The position numbers and the translations under genes are program-made. A stretch of DNA of 24,000 bases from Pseudokordiimonas caeni (GTDB taxonomy: Bacteria > Pseudomonadota > Alphaproteobacteria > Sphingomonadales > Kordiimonadaceae), in assembly GCF_026719705.1 (NCBI RefSeq), contig NZ_JAPPRR010000002.1, positions 39,091 through 63,090 of the forward strand. The letters run 5' to 3'. Positions 16,081 through 24,000 of the stretch are shown piece after piece. Positions within the stretch are counted from its first letter, which is position 1; each line of letters opens with the position of its first letter. Below the pieces are notes generated by a model, which made no database searches, was not told the origin of the DNA, and saw only the letters and a list, made by a program, of their open reading frames with translations.

Positions 16081-16314
16081 ATGGACGATATCAAATTCAT
16101 TCTGGAAGGCGACATGATGGCCCTCGGCCCGCGCCTCGGCCCTGAACAGAAAGCACCGCTCGATACCAAGGCCCGGTGGGAAGACAGCGTGGCCCGCTTC
16201 TGCTTCGCGGCCGCCCGGATGCCCGCCCCTGTACTTGAAGGCTTTCTGCAGCTTCTTGAAACCTATGACGAAGCACAGGATATTCAGGTGACCGGTCCCT
16301 GCGGACATGCTTGA
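16081..16314 (+). CDS. small acidic hypothetical protein, 77 aa, immediately downstream of luxI
   Basis: The ATG at 16081 lies inside tracked ORF 15874..16314, whose upstream part overlaps luxI in another frame. AAAGGAA sits about 9 nt upstream, and the ATG is 28 nt after the luxI stop. The product is MDDIKFILEGDMMALGPRLGPEQKAPLDTKARWEDSVARFCFAAARMPAPVLEGFLQLLETYDEAQDIQVTGPCGHA. A hand count gives GC at the third codon position in 50 of 77 codons, which is compatible with coding. A strong terminator follows. I recognise no family. Confidence 0.5.
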   Translation: MDDIKFILEGDMMALGPRLGPEQKAPLDTKARWEDSVARFCFAAARMPAPVLEGFLQLLETYDEAQDIQVTGPCGHA

Positions 16315-16330
16315 AATCAAACAGGCCAGC

Positions 16331-16368
16331 AAAAGAAAAGGGCGCCATCAGGCGCCCTTCTTGTTTCA
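16331..16368. terminator. bidirectional rho-independent terminator between the 77-aa ORF and trxA
   Basis: Perfect 9-bp stem AAGGGCGCC (16338-16346) / GGCGCCCTT (16351-16359) with a 4-nt loop ATCA. It is flanked by AAAAGAAAA on one side (a T-run for the minus-strand trxA transcript) and CTTGTTTC on the other. Confidence 0.7.
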
Positions 16369-16384
16369 GCATTTGGCCGCGCGG

Positions 16385-16702
16385 TCAGATCGCGCTGTTG
16401 ATCCACTGGCTGAGCGCCGCTTTCGGCTTTGCGCCAAGCGTGGTTGCCACCGGCTCGCCACCCTTGAAGATCAGGAGCGTGGGGATCGAGCGCACGCCAA
16501 AACGGGTCGGCGTTTCGGGGTTCTCGTCAATATTCATCTTGGCGATGACGATATCGTCGCGCTCGCCCGAAATTTCTTCAAGAACCGGGCCGATCATCTT
16601 GCACGGGCCACACCAGGGCGCCCAGAAATCGAGAAGAACAGGTTTGCCGGCATTCAGGACTTCGGCTTCGAAGGATTCGTCGGTAACTGCGATGGTAGCC
16701 AT
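16385..16702 (-). CDS. trxA: thioredoxin
   Basis: ORF 16385..16702 (-), 105 aa. It has the active site DFWAPWCGPCKM and the typical thioredoxin length and pattern (GVRSIPTLLIFKGG). Confidence 0.95.
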   Translation of the reverse strand: MATIAVTDESFEAEVLNAGKPVLLDFWAPWCGPCKMIGPVLEEISGERDDIVIAKMNIDENPETPTRFGVRSIPTLLIFKGGEPVATTLGAKPKAALSQWINSAI

Positions 16703-16803
16703 TTTTAATACTCACTTTCTGTCTCTGTCGGCCGGCTAGGCACAGCCATGATTTGTTGCGTTGGGCTTAAGGTAAGGAGGCCCCGCTTGGTGGTCAAGGC
16801 ACG

Positions 16804-19800
16804 TCACGCACTGGTGATGCCATCATTTCTGCCACTCGCCATCAGTTCAACTAACGCTTCTTCAAGGCGTTCTTCTGGTAGTTCCATCAGCCGGGCGCCA
16901 TCGGTCCACAACAGGGCGGCCCGAATGCGCTTGCCCGGATGCAGGGCTTTCAACGCAGCCCGATACAGCGCCATCTGCTTCATGTAAAGGGGGGCAACGC
17001 CTTCCACCGCAAGGGGCGGCGGGCGGTTGGTTTTATAGTCCACAATCAGGATCTGGTTGCCGATGGCGACAAGCCGGTCCACCTGACCGGCGAGCGCCCT
17101 GCCCCCGATCACGCCGGCCACCGGCACCTCGGCCCGACTGCCAGGGCCGAAGAGCGGTGCGAACACAGGATCATTGAGGATCGCATCAACCTCGCGGGCG
17201 AGAGCGGCCTGTTCCTCCGCCGTCAACCCGTGCGCGGGCTCGGCCAGATAGCGCGCCGCTGCCGCCTGCCGGTCAGCGGCATCCATTTCCGGCAACCATT
17301 CAAGAAGCGCGTGAACGAGCTTGCCGCGCGCAAAGCGGCGGGCGGCACGGGCGGCGAGCGGACTTGCCGCTGCAGGCTCGTCATCATCGGGTCGCGAGGG
17401 CGCGAGTGGACGGGGCGGTACGGGTTCGGAGGGGGCTGCTGCATGCAGCCACGCGGGCGCGGGCACGGCGGTGCGGGATGCCTCGTCCGCCGCTGCCGCT
17501 TTCACCTCCGCCGTCTGCTGCACTTCGTGGCGCAGAACCTTCAGCCCGTCCGGGCCGTCGGCTTCCAGTGCACCGAGCCGCTTGAAGCCTTCCTCGATGG
17601 CGGTAAACCAGCTGTCGTCACCCGCCGCCTTCTTGCCCTGCCAGCCGGCCACATACAGCCGGTCCTCGGCGCGAGTAAGCGCCACATAGAGAAGCCGCCG
17701 GTATTCAGCAATCGCCTTGGCTTTCAGCTCGCCCTTGAGGCGGGTAACGAGCGGCAGGGTCGCGCCTTCCTTCGACCACATCAGGAGCGGCGCACCGCCA
17801 TCCTCCGGCGCGAAGTCGAGGATGCGGCCATCCTTCGAAATATCGGGCAGCGACGTCAGGTCGGTCAGGAACACGATGGGCGCCTGCAGCCCCTTGGCCC
17901 CATGGCACGTCATCACGCGGACCGCGCCGCCTGCAGCCTCCATATCGCGCTTGACCTCGGCCCCCGCGCGCTCGACATGCGTCAGAAAACCGAGCAGCGA
18001 CGGGGCGGCCGTGCGCTCATAGGCCAGCGCCTCGGCCATGAAAGCATCGACCGGATCATGGATATCGGCGCCGAGCCGAGCCGCCAGCCTCTCCCGCCCG
18101 CCAAGGGGCCCAAGGATGCGGTTCATGAAATCGAACGGGGTCAGGTGATCGGCCGCATTCAGCGCCTGCAACAGCCAGCCATAGGCCGCCTTCCAGTCAT
18201 CGCGTTCGTGCGCGCGGGCAGCAAGGCTGACCCAGAGGCTCATCTCGCCGCGGCCATGGGCGAGATCATACAGCGATTGCTCACTGGTCCCGATGAAAGG
18301 GGATTTCAGCACGGTCGCGAGCGTCAGGTCATCCCCCGGCTGCAACACCGCGCGGGCGAGCGCCATCAGGTCCATCACCGGCAATTCTTCGGTCAGCACC
18401 ATGCGGTCCCGGCCTGCGACCGGCACCTGCAGGCGTTTCAGCGCGCGAACCAGATGGTCGGCAATCGCCCCCCGTTTGCGCACGAGGATCAGGATATCGC
18501 CGGCCGTGATGGGCCGTGCCTTGGAGACCAGTATTTCCCCCTTCCGGATCATGTCGCGGATGCGCCGCGCGATGCGCCATGCCGTGCGCTGGGCGGCGTC
18601 ATCGACCTCCTCCTGCACCAGGGGCGGGGTCCATGCTTCTGCCGCACCATCCTCGCTGCCGCGCGGCACCTCAAGCGGCCAAAGCTCCACAAGGCCACCC
18701 GCTCCCTTGCGCGAGAAATCATGCCGCACGCTGGCGCCCGTGGCCGTCAGCCCGATCCGCGCCGGGGCTTCGTCATGGAAGACCGCATCGACAAGTGCGA
18801 GCACCGCCTCGCCCGACCGGAACGACCGGTCCAGCGGCACGGTGTCGGTCGCGGCTTCCGCCCCTTCGGCGCGGGTGAAAAGCCGGTTGCGCGCTTCGAT
18901 AAATTCGCGCGGGTCGGCCCGCTGGAACGAGAAGATCGACTGCTTGTCGTCACCCACCGCGAAGACCGTACGCTGCACATCCCGCGCGCCAGCGCCCGAG
19001 AAAAACTCGTTCGCCACGGCTTCAACCACGCTCCACTGGTCGCGGTTCGTGTCCTGCGCTTCGTCCACCAGAATATGGTCAATCTCGCCGTCGAGCTTGA
19101 AAAGGATCCAGGCAGCGATCCCCTCGTTTTCCAGAAGCTGTACCGAGCGCTGGATCATATCGTCAAAGTCGATGAGGCCGCGTTCAGCCTTTACGGTACG
19201 GTAGGTATCGAGCATCGCGGCACCCAGCGCGAGAAGTGCTGCGGTGGTTTCCGCCACTGTCGCCGCCGTCAGCCGTTCCCGCACGAACAGCAGCCGCGCC
19301 GTTTCCTTGGCAATCACCTCGGCCAGTGCGGGGTTCGCCGTCAGTGTCGGTTTGTTGGCGACCGTCTTCCTTGGCTCATATTTCTGGGTGAGGAAAACGA
19401 GGCTCATGGCATCGAAAAGCGCTTCACGCTCCGCCCCTTCGGCCGCCAGAAAGTCGGCAAGCGGCCGGGCGCGGTCGGCTTCCGAGGCCGAGCCTTCCAT
19501 CATTGCGGCGGCAAGGGCGCGGAGGCCCGCCTCATCCATCGCGGCAGGCGCGCAGGCCGAAGCACGAATCTTCTCTGCCGTGTCATCCGGCGAAAGCCCG
19601 AGCGAACGACGGAGTGCGGCCACCATGCCGTCTGCCGAACCATAAGCCGCCATCGAACGCGCCATCAACGGGCCATAAAAGGCCAGGTCGCCAATCACCT
19701 CGTCGAACGTATTCTCGGTGACGCGGGCAGCGACCATGTTGAGCGCTTTGCCTAGTTTCAGGCCATCCTTTCGGCGCGTTTTAGCCAGCATTTCGTCCCG

Positions 19801-20274
19801 CGCGCCGGCCATCACCTCGCCCGCCAGCGCCTCTTCCATGCCTTCAAAGCCCGGCGCGATCCCGGCTTCCAAGGGGAAGCGGCCAAGGAGCGACTGGCAG
19901 AAGCTGTGGAAAGTCATGATCTTCAGCCCGCCCGGCAGATCGAGCACGAGCGCGAAAAGACGCCGCACGCAGGCCAGCATGTCGGCGTCTGCGCGTTCGC
20001 CTGTGCGCACCAGAATGCGACCCGCAAGTTCCGCGTCCGTCAGCCGCGTCCATTCGCCAAGCTCGGCGAAGATGCGGCTTTTCATCTCGGCCGCTGCGGC
20101 CTTGGTAAAAGTGAGACAAAGAATTCGTTCCGGATGCGTACCGGTGACCATCAGCCTCAGCACGCGCGCCGTCAGGACGTGTGTCTTGCCGGTGCCCGCA
20201 CTCGCCGCCACCCATGCAGTGAGGGCGGGGTTGGTGGCGCGTTCCTGCGCTTTGGTCATCAGGGGGCCGCTCAT
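16804..20274 (-). CDS. addA: double-strand break repair helicase-nuclease AddA (alphaproteobacterial type)
   Basis: ORF 16804..20313 (-). It has a UvrD-like helicase Walker A (ASAGTGKTHVLTARV), ILVDEAQDTN, and a C-terminal PD-(D/E)XK nuclease (ILIVDYKTNRPP). I call the ATG at 20272-20274 (MSGPLMTKAQ), which overlaps the addB TGA stop as ATGA. Confidence 0.92.
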   Translation of the reverse strand: MSGPLMTKAQERATNPALTAWVAASAGTGKTHVLTARVLRLMVTGTHPERILCLTFTKAAAAEMKSRIFAELGEWTRLTDAELAGRILVRTGERADADMLACVRRLFALVLDLPGGLKIMTFHSFCQSLLGRFPLEAGIAPGFEGMEEALAGEVMAGARDEMLAKTRRKDGLKLGKALNMVAARVTENTFDEVIGDLAFYGPLMARSMAAYGSADGMVAALRRSLGLSPDDTAEKIRASACAPAAMDEAGLRALAAAMMEGSASEADRARPLADFLAAEGAEREALFDAMSLVFLTQKYEPRKTVANKPTLTANPALAEVIAKETARLLFVRERLTAATVAETTAALLALGAAMLDTYRTVKAERGLIDFDDMIQRSVQLLENEGIAAWILFKLDGEIDHILVDEAQDTNRDQWSVVEAVANEFFSGAGARDVQRTVFAVGDDKQSIFSFQRADPREFIEARNRLFTRAEGAEAATDTVPLDRSFRSGEAVLALVDAVFHDEAPARIGLTATGASVRHDFSRKGAGGLVELWPLEVPRGSEDGAAEAWTPPLVQEEVDDAAQRTAWRIARRIRDMIRKGEILVSKARPITAGDILILVRKRGAIADHLVRALKRLQVPVAGRDRMVLTEELPVMDLMALARAVLQPGDDLTLATVLKSPFIGTSEQSLYDLAHGRGEMSLWVSLAARAHERDDWKAAYGWLLQALNAADHLTPFDFMNRILGPLGGRERLAARLGADIHDPVDAFMAEALAYERTAAPSLLGFLTHVERAGAEVKRDMEAAGGAVRVMTCHGAKGLQAPIVFLTDLTSLPDISKDGRILDFAPEDGGAPLLMWSKEGATLPLVTRLKGELKAKAIAEYRRLLYVALTRAEDRLYVAGWQGKKAAGDDSWFTAIEEGFKRLGALEADGPDGLKVLRHEVQQTAEVKAAAADEASRTAVPAPAWLHAAAPSEPVPPRPLAPSRPDDDEPAAASPLAARAARRFARGKLVHALLEWLPEMDAADRQAAAARYLAEPAHGLTAEEQAALAREVDAILNDPVFAPLFGPGSRAEVPVAGVIGGRALAGQVDRLVAIGNQILIVDYKTNRPPPLAVEGVAPLYMKQMALYRAALKALHPGKRIRAALLWTDGARLMELPEERLEEALVELMASGRNDGITSA

Positions 20275-23200
20275 GCTTCGTCCCCCTCGAACGGGTCGCG
20301 GGCATCGCGCCATTCTTTCAGCCGCGCCAGATGGTCATAGTCGCCGTAGCCATGTTCGTGCGCGCGCGGGTTGGAAAGATAGGCCGTATCAGGGTTCGCG
20401 AAGGCATCCACCAGCCGCACCAGCCCTTCTGCGGCGGCATCGATGGTGCCACGCACATCCTTCACCGGGCTCTTTTCTTCCTGGATCGGGTCACCGCCCG
20501 AGATATGCCAGAAAACGAGGTCCCCGACCTGCCCTGGCGCCACATCCTTGAAGCCGCCCGCCTCGGCGAGCCAGCCTTCCAGCGGCAATTGTGGCGCAAA
20601 GCCCGCCTCGATACGTTTGGCCGTTGGCACATTACCAGTCTTGTAATCGATGATGACAAGGCTGCCGTCCTCGCGCTTGCGGTCGATCCGGTCGGCCTTG
20701 GCAAAAAGCGTGAAATCGCGTCCCGGCAATTGCCGCTCGGCCCAGACCTCGACGGCCAGCGTCTCGTGCGTTTCCGTCCGTGCTGCTTCGTTTTCCACAA
20801 ACCAGCGGGCGATACGTTCGAACCGCGGCCACCAGAAGGCATAGACGCCGGGCTGGCTGAGGACGGGAGCAAAGCTTTCGCGCCCGATGGCCAGAAGCCG
20901 CTCGACCCCCGCCTCGCCCACACGCGGGCCGGGCTCAGCGAGGAACCGCTCAAGCGCATCGTGCAGCAACGTGCCTTTCTTGGCAGCGTTCGGTGGTTCA
21001 TCAAGCGCATCCAGCACTTCAAGTTCCAGCACCTTGCGCGCATACAGGCTGTAGGGATCACGCATCAGCGTTTCCACCTGCGTGACGGACAGGCGCTTCG
21101 GTCGTGCCTCGACAGGCGGCTTCGGCGCCGGTGCCTCGATCCGCACGAGGGCAGCGGGTGCGTCGAGCGCCGCCGCCCAGTCAAGATAGCGATGGGCGCG
21201 CGGCACCGGCTTGCCGGCCAGCGCCTCGATCCGGAAAAGCCAGCGGCTTTGCACCGTGGGGCTGCCCGCCACCTTCAAGGCGCGTGACAGGATCACGCGC
21301 GGGGCGGCTGCCGCCATCAAGAAATCGTGCGCGGCCTGTCCCACCTTGCGGTCCTCGGACGGCAGGTCGAGCTTGCGGCGCATTTCGCCGTTCATCCAGG
21401 GATCCCGCACAGGCTCGCGCGGCCAGCTGCCTTCATTCAGCCCGCCAAGGATCATCACATCCGCCCGTATGAGACGCGCTTCCAGCGGCCCGAGGATCGT
21501 CAGGCGCGGATGCCGCCCCCACACGGGCCGCACCACAAGCCCGATCAGCCATTCCGCAAAGAGTGCTGCATAGGCATCGCCGCCAATCGGCCCGGCGATC
21601 GGGGCTTCATCGATAATCTCTGCAAGGAGGGCGGCAATCGCATTACCTGCCTCACCGCGCCACAGGACCACATCGCCGGCGTCATGATCGTTGCCGGCAA
21701 GTGCCTCGGCCACGGTCAGGTGGGCTTTCAGCACAAGGCCCGCTGCCTTGTCCTCGTCCACTGCATCCTCGAACGGCTTGAGGATATCGATCAGCCGATC
21801 AAGCCGCTTGATGTCTTTCTCAAAACCTTTGGTCGCCTTGGCCCGTTCCCGGAGGCCTTCAAGTCCCGCCGCCGGGCGCGGACCACGCAGCACCAGCCGA
21901 TCAAGGCGCCGCACCCAATCAAGGAACGGCCCGCGTGCCCCGCCCGCTGCCGCAAAGGGATGCTGCAACAGGGCGAGAAGCGGCACCGGCGCGAAATGCT
22001 TGGCTGCCGCCTCGGCGAGCAGCAACAGGAAACGCCCGGTGAGGCTGAGAATCGCCGGGTCCCCCGCCGAATCGTCCACCTTCACCCCGAAACGGGCAAG
22101 TTCCGCCTTCACATAGCGGGCAAGGGCGCGGTCGGGCGTGACGAGGGCGGCGGTGCGTTCCGGCGTTTCGATAGCTTCGCGCATCACGCAGGCGATGGCG
22201 GCGGCTTCCTCACGCTCGGTCGGTGCCTCGATCATCTCCATACCGGCGAAAATATCGACGTCTGCCCGTTCGCGGTATCCGGCAGATTGCCAGTAGCCGG
22301 TCGCCTCCGCCGGGCGCAGGGCATCAATGATGAGTGCGAGCCGGCCATCACTTCGCCCGTCCGGCGCAGCGCTTTCGTCCCACGGCTCCACCTCGTCGCG
22401 GCTGACCTGCATGGTCTCGAGAAGTGCTTTCAGCATCGCTTGCGGATGGGTCTGGTTACGGTGCGCCTTCGCGTCGATCACGTCCCATGCATCAGCATCG
22501 ATTTCGGTGTCCAGCCCCGGCAGCACCACCATGCCTTCGGGGAGCCGCGAGACGACCTTCAGAAGCTCGGCCGTGGCCGGCACCGAGCCGGTCGAACCCG
22601 CCGCCACGACCATCCCCTTCGGCGGATGATCGGCCCAAAGTGCGGCAAGCCGCCGGATCATCGTATCGCGCCGCGCCGCCGGGTTCATCGCGCCTTCCTC
22701 GGCGAGCACAGCAGGCCAGATACGGGTGACGATTTCAAGGAATTCAAGCGTGATGCCCCAGTGTTTGGCAAATTCCTCCGGCACCAGGTCCTTGAGCTTC
22801 GCGAAATCCGCACCAGCGGTTTCCATCTCGTCCATCAGCCGGGCGAGCGTGCGGGCAAGCCGCCAGCCCTGCGCTGGCGACAGGGCGCCAAGATCGAGCG
22901 CCCGGCGCGCTTCCTTCTGCCACCGCGTCAGGCATTCGAGGAGAAGCCCCAGCCGCCGCACATCGCCGATGGCCGGCGGCAGGGCACCCGCTTCGGCGCC
23001 GAGTCCGGCGGGCGACAGAATCAGTTCCTCGTCCTCCACATCACCAATGGCTCGCATCACCGGCAGGATCAGCGCGCGGTCACCCCCTGCCCCCGGCAGC
23101 ATGCGCAGGAACGCCTCGCGGAGCGCGCGCTGGCTGCGGCGGTTGGGCACAAGCAGCGTAACATCAGAAAGCGGAATACCGGCGGCCTCCACCCGTGCCA

Positions 23201-23279
23201 TCAGCCCGCGCACCAGCGTGTCGGCAAAGGGCAAGGCCGGGTCGATGGTGAAGACCTTGGGGGCGGCGGCGCGGATCAC
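20271..23279 (-). CDS. addB: double-strand break repair protein AddB (alphaproteobacterial type)
   Basis: ORF 20271..23279 (-), 1002 aa, with a GTG start 4 nt after the upstream stop. The N-terminus reads KVFTIDPALPFADTLVRGL. The C-terminal RecB-family nuclease motifs are GTLLHDALERF and ADRIDRKREDGSLVIIDYKTG. The gene is paired and translationally coupled with addA. Confidence 0.92.
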   Translation of the reverse strand: MIRAAAPKVFTIDPALPFADTLVRGLMARVEAAGIPLSDVTLLVPNRRSQRALREAFLRMLPGAGGDRALILPVMRAIGDVEDEELILSPAGLGAEAGALPPAIGDVRRLGLLLECLTRWQKEARRALDLGALSPAQGWRLARTLARLMDEMETAGADFAKLKDLVPEEFAKHWGITLEFLEIVTRIWPAVLAEEGAMNPAARRDTMIRRLAALWADHPPKGMVVAAGSTGSVPATAELLKVVSRLPEGMVVLPGLDTEIDADAWDVIDAKAHRNQTHPQAMLKALLETMQVSRDEVEPWDESAAPDGRSDGRLALIIDALRPAEATGYWQSAGYRERADVDIFAGMEMIEAPTEREEAAAIACVMREAIETPERTAALVTPDRALARYVKAELARFGVKVDDSAGDPAILSLTGRFLLLLAEAAAKHFAPVPLLALLQHPFAAAGGARGPFLDWVRRLDRLVLRGPRPAAGLEGLRERAKATKGFEKDIKRLDRLIDILKPFEDAVDEDKAAGLVLKAHLTVAEALAGNDHDAGDVVLWRGEAGNAIAALLAEIIDEAPIAGPIGGDAYAALFAEWLIGLVVRPVWGRHPRLTILGPLEARLIRADVMILGGLNEGSWPREPVRDPWMNGEMRRKLDLPSEDRKVGQAAHDFLMAAAAPRVILSRALKVAGSPTVQSRWLFRIEALAGKPVPRAHRYLDWAAALDAPAALVRIEAPAPKPPVEARPKRLSVTQVETLMRDPYSLYARKVLELEVLDALDEPPNAAKKGTLLHDALERFLAEPGPRVGEAGVERLLAIGRESFAPVLSQPGVYAFWWPRFERIARWFVENEAARTETHETLAVEVWAERQLPGRDFTLFAKADRIDRKREDGSLVIIDYKTGNVPTAKRIEAGFAPQLPLEGWLAEAGGFKDVAPGQVGDLVFWHISGGDPIQEEKSPVKDVRGTIDAAAEGLVRLVDAFANPDTAYLSNPRAHEHGYGDYDHLARLKEWRDARDPFEGDEA

Positions 23280-23283
23280 GGCG

Positions 23284-24000
23284 TCAGCCCCGGCCGAGCG
23301 CTAGCAGCCGCGCCTCGGCATCGCGCACACCCTCGGGCGAGCCCACATGCATCCAGTCCCCCCGGTGCAGGAGCCCGAAAAGCCGGCCATTCCCTGCCGC
23401 CCGGCGGAACATATGGCTGTTGGACCAAGCCCCGTCCGGCGTGTCCTCGTAGGCCGCCGGCGAGGTCATCATGATGCCGCCATACATGAAGGGCGAGGCC
23501 GGTGCCTCCCCCCGGAAGCGCAGGAGTGCGGGGGTGGCCGGGTCGCCGCCTGCAAAGAAATCACCGGTGCCTTCATAGCCAAGCGCTGCCTCGGTCGCGA
23601 CCAGCAGCAACAGGGCATCCATCCGCGCAGGATCGAACGCGGTAGCGAGGGCGGTGAGGGCGGTTTCTTCGCCCGGCGCATCCAGCCACAGCGCATCGCT
23701 GTTGATGACAAGGAACGGAGCGTCCCCGAGCGTCGGCAGCGCCTTCTTCACCCCGCCGCCAGTTTCAAGAAGCGCGTCGCGTTCGTCGCTGATCATCGCC
23801 TTGCCCGTCGCCACACGGGGGGCAAGATGAGCTTCCATCTGATCGGCCAGATGATGGACATTCACAACAACCGGTGCAGCCGGTATTTCGTCGAGCCGGT
23901 CCAGCGCGCGGTCAAGGAGCGTGCGGCCAAGGACCGGCACCAAAGGCTTCGGCAGCCGTGCCGACATTTCCCCCATCCGCGTTCCCTTGCCTGCCGCCAG
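23284..24000 (-). CDS. nucleotidyltransferase family protein (MurU-like sugar-1-phosphate nucleotidylyltransferase), 5' end outside the window
   Basis: ORF 23284..23976 (-). The frame stays open to the window edge. The last 24 nt encode LAAGKGTR, in frame, ahead of the tracked Met. This is the G-x-G-T-R nucleotide-binding signature, so the true start lies beyond 24000. KPLVPVLGRTLLD is also typical of the family. Confidence 0.8.
   Translation of the reverse strand: MAAGKGTRMGEMSARLPKPLVPVLGRTLLDRALDRLDEIPAAPVVVNVHHLADQMEAHLAPRVATGKAMISDERDALLETGGGVKKALPTLGDAPFLVINSDALWLDAPGEETALTALATAFDPARMDALLLLVATEAALGYEGTGDFFAGGDPATPALLRFRGEAPASPFMYGGIMMTSPAAYEDTPDGAWSNSHMFRRAAGNGRLFGLLHRGDWMHVGSPEGVRDAEARLLALGRG

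Noticed and set aside
16097-16372. Minus-strand 91-aa ORF overlapping the 77-aa ORF and the terminator.
   Set aside because: It starts inside the terminator hairpin region and encodes an Arg/Gly/Pro-rich product. It has no SD, and the plus-strand frame has the better start context.
14491-16384. Mobile-element or genomic-island boundaries around the luxR-luxI module.
   Set aside because: I could find no direct or inverted terminal repeats, tRNA, integrase or transposase. XerD, about 5 kb away, is the housekeeping chromosome-dimer recombinase, not an island integrase. The composition of luxI resembles its neighbours.
16748-16987. Plus-strand ORF of 79 aa preceded by a perfect AAGGAGG (16773-16779).
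   Set aside because: The ORF overlaps the 3' end of addA in antisense, and its product is Ser/Arg-rich with no features. The SD-like word lies in the trxA promoter region on the other strand. It is most likely coincidental.
1-24000. CRISPR arrays, tandem repeats, rRNA, tRNA or tmRNA genes, and insertion sequences.
   Set aside because: A visual scan of all intergenic regions found none. The longest is about 300 nt (4658-4962), and the next longest are about 160 and 130 nt. Small direct repeats seen there (GTTGCA-GCG-GTTGCA at about 11343-11357, and CCCGCA twice at about 15293-15313) are too short to interpret.

Overview
This is a 24-kb high-GC chromosomal segment whose gene content and order look alphaproteobacterial. 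That is a family-level inference only, and I make no organism call. I support 20 protein-coding genes. I saw no rRNA, tRNA, CRISPR array, transposase or phage genes. The minus-strand block holds a hypothetical protein with an internal duplication, nrdB-nrdA (class I RNR without an ATP-cone) and accA. It continues with an S45 Ntn-hydrolase of the penicillin/AHL-acylase family, xerD, and a 678-aa secreted protein of unknown function. An untracked 46-aa membrane ORF precedes that secreted protein. The plus-strand genes are a glycine-zipper lipoprotein, aroK-aroB and a CNNM/CorC-type transporter. They are followed by a tandem luxR-luxI acyl-homoserine-lactone quorum-sensing pair and a 77-aa orphan ORF. 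The window ends with minus-strand trxA, addA, addB and a partial MurU-like nucleotidyltransferase. Most of the window is ordinary core genome. The most interesting part is the quorum-sensing neighbourhood. It contains luxR-luxI plus the unexplained 77-aa ORF and a hairpin that sequesters the luxI Shine-Dalgarno (SD). About 6-7 kb away lies an acylase whose translation-initiation region matches that of luxI over 10 nt. Candidate NrdR-like and LexA-like (GAAC-N7-GAAC) sites lie upstream of nrdA. I judge all long ORFs antisense to these genes to be high-GC mirror-frame artefacts. I did not find a clear-cut novel multi-gene system, so the findings below are hypotheses with stated tests.
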